From Patescibacteria group bacterium (GTDB taxonomy: Bacteria; Patescibacteriota; Minisyncoccia; Phycocordibacterales; UBA9973): DNA of 64,000 bases. The notes beneath the pieces were generated by a model. It did no database searches. It was not told the origin of the DNA and worked only from the letters and a program-made list of their open reading frames with translations. Each line of letters starts with the position of its first letter. Within the stretch, counting starts at the first letter, position 1. The translations under genes were made by a program, and so were the position numbers. Positions 8,664 through 18,615 of the stretch are shown piece by piece. The DNA lies in NCBI GenBank assembly GCA_038061755.1, contig JBBTYN010000002.1:15312-79311 (forward strand), in the 5' to 3' direction.

Positions 8664-9941
8664 TCAGAATTTCAATATTTTCAAAAATTTAGCCTTTTCT
8701 GTGTGTTCCTTAAAAGGCCCAATGAGTGCTAGATTGAGCTTGTTGTTTTGAAAAATATCTTTGGCTAAGTATTGGATTTGAACTGCAGTAACTTTGCGAA
8801 TTTCTTTAGCTTTTTCTTCAGCTGAAATTATTTCACGTTTTAAAAGCTCTTGCCCGCCATGAAAATTCGCAATATCGTCGCTTGATTCTAAGGAGAGCTT
8901 CATATTTCCTATCAAACATTCTTTTACTTTATTTAATTCTTCTTCGCTCACTTTAGAATTTTTTAATTTATTACATTCTTCCAAAACGGCCTTAAGCACT
9001 TCTTCTATTCTTTTATTGTCCACCCCGGCAGAAATTTGAAAAAATCCATGGTCGGTATAAGCATCATTATAAGCCCGAACATAATAACCAACGCCCATCT
9101 CCTCGCGAAGCTTTTGAAAAAGTCTAGAGCTCATTCCCCCGCCAAGCACCCCACCAAGCACTGAAAGAACAGCACTTTTTTTATTAAACAAATTTAAACT
9201 TCGCACTCCTAAAACAAAATGCGTCTGATCTGTCTTTTTAAAAGAAACTAGTACTTCCGGTTTTGCTTGCGCCTCTTTTACTTTTGCCTTTTTTATTTTC
9301 TTGCCTCTAGACACTTTTTCAAAAATTTTATTCACTTCATTCATCACCTGTTTCTCTGTCACCGCTCCAGATACAACTAAAACTGTAGCTTCTGGCAAAT
9401 AATGTTCTTTTTTATATTTTACAAAATCATCATTCTTCATTTCTAAAATATTTTTCTTCTCACCAGCAATATTCCATCCCGCCGGCTGATCACCATAAAG
9501 CAATTTCATCATCAAATCTTGCACATGTCTTTGTGGCATATCTTCATACATATTTATTTCTTCTATAATTACACCCTTTTCTCTCTGCATTTCAATCTCT
9601 GGAAAAGTAGAATTAAGATATATATCAGACACAATATCAAAAATCTGACTGAAATGTTTAGCATCAGACTTGGCATAATATCCTGTATATTCTTGCGCCG
9701 TGAAAGCATTGTATTGACTACCAAGAGCGTCTAATTCTTTTGAAATATCAATAGCCTTCGGTCTTTTAATAGTCCCCTTGAAACACATATGCTCTAAAAA
9801 GTGCGAAATCCCATTCACTTTTTTTTCTTCATATTTTGAACCAGCTTCCACGAGCACTAACACCGTCGCCGTCGGATTGTCTTTCATTGGCACCGTAATA
9901 ACTCGCAGACCATTCTTTAAAACTTTTTTAGAGAATTTCAT
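8664..9941 (-). CDS. M16 family zinc peptidase
   Basis: HFLEHMCFKG (HxxEH), SSRLFQKLREE.G. Confidence 0.95.
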   Translation of the reverse strand: MKFSKKVLKNGLRVITVPMKDNPTATVLVLVEAGSKYEEKKVNGISHFLEHMCFKGTIKRPKAIDISKELDALGSQYNAFTAQEYTGYYAKSDAKHFSQIFDIVSDIYLNSTFPEIEMQREKGVIIEEINMYEDMPQRHVQDLMMKLLYGDQPAGWNIAGEKKNILEMKNDDFVKYKKEHYLPEATVLVVSGAVTEKQVMNEVNKIFEKVSRGKKIKKAKVKEAQAKPEVLVSFKKTDQTHFVLGVRSLNLFNKKSAVLSVLGGVLGGGMSSRLFQKLREEMGVGYYVRAYNDAYTDHGFFQISAGVDNKRIEEVLKAVLEECNKLKNSKVSEEELNKVKECLIGNMKLSLESSDDIANFHGGQELLKREIISAEEKAKEIRKVTAVQIQYLAKDIFQNNKLNLALIGPFKEHTEKAKFLKILKF

Positions 9942-10048
9942 AAAATCTATTCTAGCATAAAAAATTATTTATAAATATCATAAAATATACGGCTATATTG
10001 ACTTTTGTTTAAAATATGATAATCTACTGTTTAGATACAAATTTTTGT

Positions 10049-10121
10049 GCCCCTATAACTCAGATGGGAGAGAACTCCCGACAAGGGAGAGACAGTGGTT
10101 CAAATCCACTTAGGGGGACCA
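10049..10121 (+). tRNA. Atypical or degenerate tRNA-like gene (Val-GAC-like) with 5-nt anticodon loop and encoded CCA
   Basis: Acceptor ccccta/tagggg with G1:G72 mismatch; T arm agtgg-ttcaaat-ccact; anticodon stem ctccc/gggag with loop gacaa; ends ACCA. Confidence 0.7.
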
Positions 10122-10152
10122 AAAACAATCGGGAGAAATCCTATTCACATAT

Positions 10153-10180
10153 AAGCCCTTCTTTACCGAAGGGCTTTTTT
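10153..10180 (+). terminator. Terminator between the tRNA-like gene and convergent glyQS
   Basis: aagcccttc-tttacc-gaagggctt followed by a T-tract. Confidence 0.75.
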
Positions 10181-10198
10181 ATTTAGAGTGTGCTAAAT

Positions 10199-11614
10199 TT
10201 ATATCTTCTCTTTTATATAATTTTTTAAATCTGTCACTTTTACTCTCTCTTGCTTTCCTGTGTCACGGTCGCGGACAGTAACTGTGTCATCTGTCAGCGT
10301 ATCAAAATCAACTACAATACAAAATGGCGTGCCAATTTCATCCTGGCGACGATAACGCTTACCAATATTACCATTGTCATCAAATTCACAAATAATTTCT
10401 TTACGAAGCATTTCAAAAACTTCTCGGGCTTTTGACACAAGCTCTGGCTTGTTTTTTAGAAGCGGAAAAACAGCGCATTTGATTGGAGAAAGTCTTGGAT
10501 CAAGTTTTAGAAATACCCTAGTTTCACTTTCTTTTAATTCTTCTGTATAAGCGTTATCCAAAAACATTAAAAACAATCGAGCCAAGCCAACAGACGTCTC
10601 CATAATGTGTGGAATAAATCTTTCTTTACTTTCTTCATCATAATAATCTAGTGCGACGCCTGAAAATTTTGAATGTTGTGATAAATCCCAATCCCCTCGA
10701 GCATGAATGCCTTCTACTTCTTTAAAACTACCTCCAAAAAAATCAAAAGCATATTCGACATCGTAGGCCTCACTCGCATAGTGCGCTAATTTTTCATGTT
10801 TATACCATCTTATTTTTTCTTTTGGAATACCATATTTTAGATACCAATCCCATCGTGTTTTTTTCCAGTTTTCATACAATTCTTTTGTCTGTGACTTATG
10901 ATGAAAATACTGCATTTCCATTTGTTCAAATTCCCGTGTTCTAAAGATAAATTGACGAGCAGCAACTTCATTTCTAAATGCTTTACCTACTTGCGCTATA
11001 CCAAAAGGCAGCTTGGGGTGCAGAGAATCAAGAGTATTTTTATATTCTAAATAAATACCACCACAGGTTTCTGGTCTTAAATACATAACATTCTCTTCAG
11101 TTAAAACATCTACAGGTGAACCAAGGTTCGACTTAACCATGAGGGAAAAAGATCTTGCCGGGGTAAGATCTGCTGATTTACAATTTGGACAAATAAGCTT
11201 CTTCTCTGCTCTTAACTTATCAAGTTCTTTATTTAAAAAATCAAGAGGCATTTTATCAGCAACAATCCCAAAACTTTCCAAAATATGATCAGCTCGAAAT
11301 CTTGATTTACAATTTTTACAGTCTATTTGTGGATCGTTAAATCCACCGACATGACCGGAAGCCACCCATGTTTGTGAATGCATAAATATTGCGCTGTCCA
11401 AACCATAAACATCATCGCGAAGTTGAACCATCTCTTTAATCCATGCATTTTTTATATTTTCTTTTAAAAGAGTTCCATAATGACCATAGTCATACACGCC
11501 AGCAACCCCACCATATATTTCAGAAGAAGGATATACAAACCCACGCCTTTTACAAAGCGAAACTATTTTCTCCATTAAATTATCTTTATTATCTTTTTTG
11601 TTTTTTTCTTTCAT
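10199..11614 (-). CDS. glyQS: Glycine--tRNA ligase, alpha2 type
   Basis: CKRRGF..SSEIYGG, LRPET, GKAFRNE, FRTREFEQMEMQ, IGKRYRRQDEIGTP. Confidence 0.96.
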   Translation of the reverse strand: MKEKNKKDNKDNLMEKIVSLCKRRGFVYPSSEIYGGVAGVYDYGHYGTLLKENIKNAWIKEMVQLRDDVYGLDSAIFMHSQTWVASGHVGGFNDPQIDCKNCKSRFRADHILESFGIVADKMPLDFLNKELDKLRAEKKLICPNCKSADLTPARSFSLMVKSNLGSPVDVLTEENVMYLRPETCGGIYLEYKNTLDSLHPKLPFGIAQVGKAFRNEVAARQFIFRTREFEQMEMQYFHHKSQTKELYENWKKTRWDWYLKYGIPKEKIRWYKHEKLAHYASEAYDVEYAFDFFGGSFKEVEGIHARGDWDLSQHSKFSGVALDYYDEESKERFIPHIMETSVGLARLFLMFLDNAYTEELKESETRVFLKLDPRLSPIKCAVFPLLKNKPELVSKAREVFEMLRKEIICEFDDNGNIGKRYRRQDEIGTPFCIVVDFDTLTDDTVTVRDRDTGKQERVKVTDLKNYIKEKI

Positions 11615-11624
11615 ATAAAATCAA

Positions 11625-13562
11625 TTATTTTACAACAACCCCTCCACCGACAGGAAACGCCACATCATCATTAAGCTTAGTATTAAGACCTATCTTGTTT
11701 ACTGCAACATCTACATTAGCAAAATCATCATGTCCAGTCAAAACTGCGTTATTTATAATTAGTGGAATCGTATCAACTTGAGAAAGTGAAGGCTTTAAAG
11801 AAATTTGAAAAGAAACGTTACGCGCTAGACTTATGATTCCAGAACCCTTTGGTATTCTGTCTACATTCCAAGTTATTTCCCTTGTAGAATCATTATATGT
11901 TAAATCCTCGCCGAGAGGAAAAATTGGCCCAACAAAAGTTGTCCATAAAGGAATGGTAGCTTTTATTTGCGCTTTCGAAATACTATTGGCAGTATTAGAA
12001 ATAGTCCACATAACAGTATAAGTGGTCGTTTGTTCGGCTTTTGGGGGTATCGGACCAGTATTAGTAAAAGATCCAGAATAATAAAGTGCCTTCCCAAAAA
12101 AACCAACATCTGAGATTATGCGAACAATTGCTCCATTTGAATTTTTAAGTTCATTTATAGCGGAACCTTCCACTGCCTGATTGCCAAAAATACTTACATC
12201 TAAGTTGGTTGTTGGGTTATTTAACATTCCACGAGATGCAGAAAATAAAGAAAGCGTGGAAACAGAAAATGAAACAGAACCAGAATCACCTGGGTTCACT
12301 TCTTTTAATTGGCTTTGAGAATTTTTATCCCAAGTAATTATATCGCTGGATGAATCATAAAAACCTTGTGAAACAAGTACGGTATCACGATTAAAAGCAT
12401 TTCCAGAAATTTTTGCACTTATCTTTAAATCACCTATCTTCGTATCTAAATTATTTAAATAACGAATTTCTGCCATTATTGGTGTCTTTGCGTCTACCGT
12501 ATATTCGTTTTGAGATATGCCATGTATAAAAATATTAGCTTCAATAAAAGGTTTTTTAATTAAAACAATATCCTTTATAGAATTAAAAATAACATCAATA
12601 GTAGACTTATCCGTATCAGACTGCGAGCCACTTGAAATATTAAATGTTTTTTCATCTCCATCAAAAACATCAATCATCTTGCCAGTTATAATAATATTAC
12701 GCTCTGCTCCAGGAGCAATATCACCCAAATCCCAAACATTGTTGCCAAAAGAAGGCGCTGGCACAGATTTTTTAAAAGTAAACCCAAATGGATAATCAAC
12801 CTTAACAAGAACTTTAGAAATTGCTTTAGTAGCGTTCAATGTAGCTTTTACGTTTAAGGTAATTTCTTGATTTGGACTTATTGAAATAGGAGCATCTACT
12901 GAAAGATTTATCGGCGTGGAAGTTATATTTACATTAAAAAGTTTTTCTTTTACGAAAATAGCATTAGACCCCGCTACTCGATATTCAAGAGTTACTTTTA
13001 TTGGACGAATACTTCCTTGTTCTCCAAAAAGTATTAATTTTACATTTTCATTACGAGTTGCTCCAGCTGGAATTTCTCCGAGTGAGGTGCGAAAATGTTC
13101 GGTGTTAGAAGACAAATCTACAGCTGAACTTTTAGGATATTCCATAACTAGATCTACTAAATCTAATGTGGAATTATTTCTATTTACAATCCCTACAACA
13201 AATGAAAGCTCTTCACCTCCGGCTGTAAAATTATTTCCAAGAATAGAAATATCAATATTGTTATTAGAAACAGCATTCCCACCAATAAAAAAAACATAAG
13301 TGGCATAACCCAAAGTTAAAACAAAAAAAATTATTGAAAAAATAAAAAATTTCTTAAATCTAGATGTTTTCATAAAAAATTTATCTTCAGCATCAGTATT
13401 AAATTCAACTTTTTCTTTTGTCTTCCAAGAATCCAAGGCTTCATTTTTATATAAATGAGAAAATACGTCTCGGTGCTCTATTTTGGTCTTATAATTCTTA
13501 CTAAAAAGCTTACTTTTTAAATCTTCAAGCCTATTCAACTTATTCATATCATCTAACGACAT
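11625..13562 (-). CDS. Single-TM protein with large extracellular beta-sandwich repeats
   Basis: TM helix near N-terminus; WDLGDIAPG, TGPIPPKA..TTTYTVMW. Confidence 0.65.
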   Translation of the reverse strand: MSLDDMNKLNRLEDLKSKLFSKNYKTKIEHRDVFSHLYKNEALDSWKTKEKVEFNTDAEDKFFMKTSRFKKFFIFSIIFFVLTLGYATYVFFIGGNAVSNNNIDISILGNNFTAGGEELSFVVGIVNRNNSTLDLVDLVMEYPKSSAVDLSSNTEHFRTSLGEIPAGATRNENVKLILFGEQGSIRPIKVTLEYRVAGSNAIFVKEKLFNVNITSTPINLSVDAPISISPNQEITLNVKATLNATKAISKVLVKVDYPFGFTFKKSVPAPSFGNNVWDLGDIAPGAERNIIITGKMIDVFDGDEKTFNISSGSQSDTDKSTIDVIFNSIKDIVLIKKPFIEANIFIHGISQNEYTVDAKTPIMAEIRYLNNLDTKIGDLKISAKISGNAFNRDTVLVSQGFYDSSSDIITWDKNSQSQLKEVNPGDSGSVSFSVSTLSLFSASRGMLNNPTTNLDVSIFGNQAVEGSAINELKNSNGAIVRIISDVGFFGKALYYSGSFTNTGPIPPKAEQTTTYTVMWTISNTANSISKAQIKATIPLWTTFVGPIFPLGEDLTYNDSTREITWNVDRIPKGSGIISLARNVSFQISLKPSLSQVDTIPLIINNAVLTGHDDFANVDVAVNKIGLNTKLNDDVAFPVGGGVVVK

Positions 13563-13608
13563 ATACGCAATTGTAGCATCTAAAAGAAAAAATTAGAAGA
13601 AGTGATTT

Positions 13609-14187
13609 CTATAAATGCGTCTCCTTGAGAGCTTTGTTTATTTGATGCAATACTTCAGGTCTTGATTTAGAAATTTCAAACACCAAATTTTCTTCAAATG
13701 GAGATTTGATAAGATTTTGCAATATCTGATTTTCTCCAATGTATCCTAGGTTGTTAAGGATGCGCAAAACAATAATGGCCTCGATATTTCGCAATTCTTT
13801 TGTATTTGCTTTTTCTAAAACAGATAGACCATTTATTAAATCAACAAACAAAGCCTCATTGGGCTCAATGCCGGCAAGCAATCTTTTTAATAAATTAGCA
13901 ATATTGGAAAAAACTTCAAAAGTTCCAGAATTTTTAGAAAGATTTTCCAACATATTTGTTTTTGAGGCGCTAGTCACTCGCCAGAAATTCGCCCCTTGCA
14001 CAAGATCTATTTTTACATAAGCAAAATCCTGTAAAACAAAACGCAACTTGGAAGACATCTTGCGCACGCCTTGTGCTGTGGCATAAATCATTCCTAAGTC
14101 GCGAGTAAAAATAAAATAATATTTCCCGCATTCGCCAGAATTCTTACTTCCTAATATTATTCCCTCTGTGTGATAAATGTGATGCAT
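13609..14187 (-). CDS. recO: RecO-like recombination protein (short)
   Basis: TEGIIL...GE......FTRDLG.I.A.AQGVRK..SKLR OB-fold. Confidence 0.8.
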   Translation of the reverse strand: MHHIYHTEGIILGSKNSGECGKYYFIFTRDLGMIYATAQGVRKMSSKLRFVLQDFAYVKIDLVQGANFWRVTSASKTNMLENLSKNSGTFEVFSNIANLLKRLLAGIEPNEALFVDLINGLSVLEKANTKELRNIEAIIVLRILNNLGYIGENQILQNLIKSPFEENLVFEISKSRPEVLHQINKALKETHL

Positions 14188-14190
14188 TAT

Positions 14191-17100
14191 TTATCTTTTC
14201 TCAATTTTTACCTTAAAAACTAACTCATCTATTTTTATCTCTTGCCATGAGTTTATCGAAGGGTCTTGTCCATCATTTTCTTTAAATTCTATTTTGGAAA
14301 CTAGCACTGTCTTTTTCATGTCATTTTCAAATTTTTGAATTAATTTTTTACCTGCATCATTGGTTTCGAAAACAATTGAGATAACATGACTTGGAGTAAG
14401 ACCAATCTTTTTTCTCATATCCTGCAAAGCACGCACAAGCTCGCGATAATCTCCTTCTTGTTTTAAATCTTTTGTAATATCTGTATCGAGACTTACTTTA
14501 TTAATGCCCATTTTTATTTTTAAAATATAAACAATATTTTTGATATTTAATTCATTTTTTATTATCTCAATATATTGGTCAGACAATTTTTCAGCAATAA
14601 TTTCTAGCTTATTTAATGGTTGACGAACTTTAATACCAGCTTTCTGTCGAGCTTCCAAACCAAGGGTTACAACACTTCTAACTGTTTCCATCTTCTCTAA
14701 AACTTTCGGTTCAAAAAACGAAAAAATTTTAAATTTTTTCGTTGGCCAACTCGCCAAATGCACACTCTCTCTGTCATCTTCATTCTTTAATCGTAGCCAA
14801 ATATTTTCTGAAGTAAATGGTGCAAAAGGGGCTAAAAGTTTTGTAAGAGTTTTTAGCACAAAATATAAAGTTTCTTTTGCTTCTTTTTCTCCATTCTTAA
14901 TTCTGTCGCGAGAACGACGCAAATACCACGTAGAAAGATCTCCAATAAAATCTTTTATTGCTCTGACTGGCTCAAGCAACTTATAATCATCCATTTTTTT
15001 TGTGGATTCACTAATTAATTCGTCTAGTCGCGCCAAAATCCATTTATCTAAAATATTTTTAGAATTTGGCTGATTATTTGTCTCTAAATTTTTATCTCTG
15101 TAAAGCTCGTAAAAAATAAGTACATTATAAAGCAAACCAAAAACTTGTTGATGAAGTAAGGCAACAGTTTTTTCATCAAAATTTTTAGATTCTCCTGGCT
15201 GATTGACCGAATACATCCAAAGACGAAGAGTATCAACACCATATTTATCCATTGCTTCCCATGGATCAACAATATTGCCGAGAGATTTAGACATTTTCTT
15301 GCCTACAGCATCCATCAAGTGCCCGAGACAAATTACATTTTTGTATGCCTTATTTCTCCCCATAAGTATTCCAACGGCATGCAAGGTATAAAACCACCCG
15401 CGAGTCTGATCTATCGCTTCTGAAATAAAATCTGCAGGATAATTAATTTTTTTAACTGAAAATGGATAATGATCTTGCGCAAATGGCATACACCCAGAAT
15501 CAAACCAAACGTCCATCACCTCTTTGGTGCGTGTTAATTTTCCGTCGCAACTACAAACAAGATTAATTTCATCAATATAAGGTTTATGTAGATCCATCTG
15601 ACCACCACTATTTCTAGGCAACTGTAAAAAACCACATTGAAAAACTTCTGCATTCTGAATAACTGGATATTTAGTATTTAAATTATTTAATTCTTGCTTT
15701 ATACTTAAAGCTTCATAAGAAGACAACAAAAGACGAATTGGATATTCATGAGATATAATCAAAATATTTTTTCCAGAATATTTTTGCTCTAAATCTTGTA
15801 GAACATAAATCATCCTTTTTCGAACATCTTCATCTGTTTCTTTAGATATTACTACTTCAGACTCTCGTAATCCCTTGTTTATAATAACTTGATCTTTAGT
15901 AAATCCAAAAGTATTAGCTATAATTTCTGCTGTTTGTTTTGTTCTGGTAAAATTTGAAGATATAATAACATCTGGCTTGAATTTTAAGCTTTTTGACATT
16001 AACCTGACTTGTTCTCTACCTTCTTCTGTTAAAGCATCATTATCCTCACCAGGATTAAAACTCTCCACATTTTTTATATTAGCAAGAGAACCTCCATGTC
16101 GCATCACAAAATATTTATTTCCTGACTTTTTTGTTTTATTTTTTAGGTCTTCAATACTTCCAATAACATCAATTTTTTTACAAGACTCACAGATCCAAAC
16201 TGGAAGCGGGGTACCCCAATATCGCTCACGAGAAATTGCCCAATCTTTTATCTCCCTTAACCATTCACCAAAACGTCCGTCACGAATATGCGCCGGTTCC
16301 CATTTTATTCCTTTATTCTCTTCTATCATCTTCGCTTTTATTTTTGAATCGGAAACTTTTATATACCAAGAATCTCGAGCATAATAGATAAGCGCCGTAT
16401 GGCAACGCCAACAATGAGGATATGAGTGTTCATATTTTTCTTTTTTAAATAAAAGTCCCCTATGCGCTAAATCTTTTATCACGTCTACAGCCACATCTTC
16501 ATCTCGTACAAATCTGCCTTCAAACATCCCTGTACCTAATAAAAATTTTCCATCAAGCCCGACAATGTGATGCTTTGGCAAACCAATCTTTGTCCCAAGT
16601 TCAAAATCATCCTGTCCATACATTACTGCTGTATGCACAACTCCCGTGCCGTCTTCAGTCGTCACAAAATCCGCTCCGTAAACCTTAAAAGCTTTTTTTA
16701 ATTTATATTTCTCGCTTTCAGAAATTGTATTTTGAAGATAAGGATAAAGTGGTTCGTATTCTAAACCGATTAAATCTTTACCTTTAATTTCTTTAACTAT
16801 TTTATATTCTCCGTCTATTGCAGAAAGTCTTTCTTTAGCTAAAATTAAAAATTCTTTTTCTATTTTTATTTTTATATAAATAATATCTTTTCCTACAGCC
16901 AAAGCAACATTTCCAGGCAAAGTCCACGGAGTTGTCGTCCAAGCAAGAATATAAGTACTGGTGGAAATGTTACTTTTGCAGGGTGTCTCGCAGGCTGACG
17001 AGCCGAGAGGCAGCGCTGTGTCAGCAGACACAGACAGCGACCCTGCAGAAGTAACATTTCCGCCAGTTACTCGAAACTTCACATACACTGACAAATCTTT

Positions 17101-17718
17101 CACATCTTCATATCCTTGCGCAAGTTCGTGCGAAGATAAAACCGTGCCACAGCGTGGACACCAAGGCACTACTTTATAATCTTTATAAAGTAAATTTTGT
17201 TCATTTATTTTTTTTACAACATTCCAAACAGATTCAATGTAATCATTATGATAAGTGACATATGCATTTTCTTGATCCACCCAATATCCAATCCGATGGG
17301 TAAACTTATTCCAAATATCTAAATATTCCCAGACACTTTCTTTACATTCTTGATTAAATTTCGCTACACCATATTCTTCAATCGCTTTTTTAGAATTAAG
17401 CCCAAGCTTTTTTTCTACCTGCAATTCTACCGGTAATCCATGCGTATCCCATCCACCTTTTCGGCGAACATGAAAACCCTGCATAGTTTTATATCGAGGA
17501 ATTGCATCTTTAAATGCTCGAGCTTCCAAATGATGAATTCCCGGCTTGCCGTTCGCTGTCGGTGGACCTTCATAAAAAACAAACTCCCCTTTAGGTGAAT
17601 CTTTTTCTAGAGATTTTAAAAAAGTTTTATTTTCTTTCCAAAATTCTAAAATCCGCTCTTCGCGAAGAGCTGCATCACTTTTTTTGTTAGAATTTTCTTT
17701 CTGAACTTCCTTGGCCAT
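14191..17718 (-). CDS. ileS: Isoleucine--tRNA ligase (type 2) with inserted histidine-phosphatase-like domain
   Basis: EGPPTANG.PG.HH, GWDTHGLP, WTTTPWTLP, DWAISRERYWGTP, DQTRGWF, KMSKS; RHG...SH insert. Confidence 0.96.
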   Translation of the reverse strand: MAKEVQKENSNKKSDAALREERILEFWKENKTFLKSLEKDSPKGEFVFYEGPPTANGKPGIHHLEARAFKDAIPRYKTMQGFHVRRKGGWDTHGLPVELQVEKKLGLNSKKAIEEYGVAKFNQECKESVWEYLDIWNKFTHRIGYWVDQENAYVTYHNDYIESVWNVVKKINEQNLLYKDYKVVPWCPRCGTVLSSHELAQGYEDVKDLSVYVKFRVTGGNVTSAGSLSVSADTALPLGSSACETPCKSNISTSTYILAWTTTPWTLPGNVALAVGKDIIYIKIKIEKEFLILAKERLSAIDGEYKIVKEIKGKDLIGLEYEPLYPYLQNTISESEKYKLKKAFKVYGADFVTTEDGTGVVHTAVMYGQDDFELGTKIGLPKHHIVGLDGKFLLGTGMFEGRFVRDEDVAVDVIKDLAHRGLLFKKEKYEHSYPHCWRCHTALIYYARDSWYIKVSDSKIKAKMIEENKGIKWEPAHIRDGRFGEWLREIKDWAISRERYWGTPLPVWICESCKKIDVIGSIEDLKNKTKKSGNKYFVMRHGGSLANIKNVESFNPGEDNDALTEEGREQVRLMSKSLKFKPDVIISSNFTRTKQTAEIIANTFGFTKDQVIINKGLRESEVVISKETDEDVRKRMIYVLQDLEQKYSGKNILIISHEYPIRLLLSSYEALSIKQELNNLNTKYPVIQNAEVFQCGFLQLPRNSGGQMDLHKPYIDEINLVCSCDGKLTRTKEVMDVWFDSGCMPFAQDHYPFSVKKINYPADFISEAIDQTRGWFYTLHAVGILMGRNKAYKNVICLGHLMDAVGKKMSKSLGNIVDPWEAMDKYGVDTLRLWMYSVNQPGESKNFDEKTVALLHQQVFGLLYNVLIFYELYRDKNLETNNQPNSKNILDKWILARLDELISESTKKMDDYKLLEPVRAIKDFIGDLSTWYLRRSRDRIKNGEKEAKETLYFVLKTLTKLLAPFAPFTSENIWLRLKNEDDRESVHLASWPTKKFKIFSFFEPKVLEKMETVRSVVTLGLEARQKAGIKVRQPLNKLEIIAEKLSDQYIEIIKNELNIKNIVYILKIKMGINKVSLDTDITKDLKQEGDYRELVRALQDMRKKIGLTPSHVISIVFETNDAGKKLIQKFENDMKKTVLVSKIEFKENDGQDPSINSWQEIKIDELVFKVKIEKR
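16954..17071. mobile_element. About 118-bp MITE-like palindromic element inserted in-frame in ileS
   Basis: About 31-bp arms (ctggtggaaatgttacttttgcagggt / accctgcagaagtaacatttccgccag) enclosing inner hairpins. Confidence 0.8.
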
Positions 17719-17830
17719 TATTGAATAACTTTAACACAAAAACCTAATCGGCTCAATTAGTGGGAATTGAGCCGATTGGAATAAATAATAAAAAGTTGAA
17801 AATTAGTATAGAATTGTTTATTATAAAAGT

Positions 17831-18121
17831 ATGGAAGGACAACCAATGAAAATAGAAGAAAAAGAGCTTATAAAAAAAGCAGCAATACAGTTTCCGGATG
17901 GAGAAATTTTAACTGGAAAAGGACACGATGAAATACTTGAACGTGACGAATGTTTAGACAAAATTTTTAGTACTCAATCTCTAGGTAAAAGAAGTGAGGG
18001 ATTCGTGACAAATAAAGGACGATTCGTATCTAGACAAGAAGCTGATGAAATTGCTTTCAAGGCTGGGCAAATTAAAAAACAAAGAGGGTGGCTCCAAAGC
18101 CAAGATTTAAATTTAGAATAA
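17831..18121 (+). CDS. Hypothetical protein resembling a widespread phage-type small protein
   Basis: AAI...G...G..H, EGFVTNKGRFVSRQEA..IA..AGQ, L.SQDL pattern (recalled, not searched). Confidence 0.55.
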   Translation: MEGQPMKIEEKELIKKAAIQFPDGEILTGKGHDEILERDECLDKIFSTQSLGKRSEGFVTNKGRFVSRQEADEIAFKAGQIKKQRGWLQSQDLNLE

Positions 18122-18182
18122 AATTTAGATATAGTTACTCAGAATTATTGTATTATAAGTTGTGGCTGACCCTAATTATTAA

Positions 18183-18587
<405 letters not shown>

Positions 18588-18615
18588 AATTTATTTAAAA
18601 AACATGTTAAAAACC

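Noticed and set aside
15590-16125. IleRS insertion as an intein
   Set aside because: No Cys/Ser start, His-Asn end or LAGLIDADG motifs; the RHG motif points to a phosphatase fold.
16995-17015. Hammerhead-like CUGACGA followed by stem gcc-gaga-ggc in the ileS element
   Set aside because: The required GAAA after stem II is absent (AGCG instead) and stems I and III could not be built.
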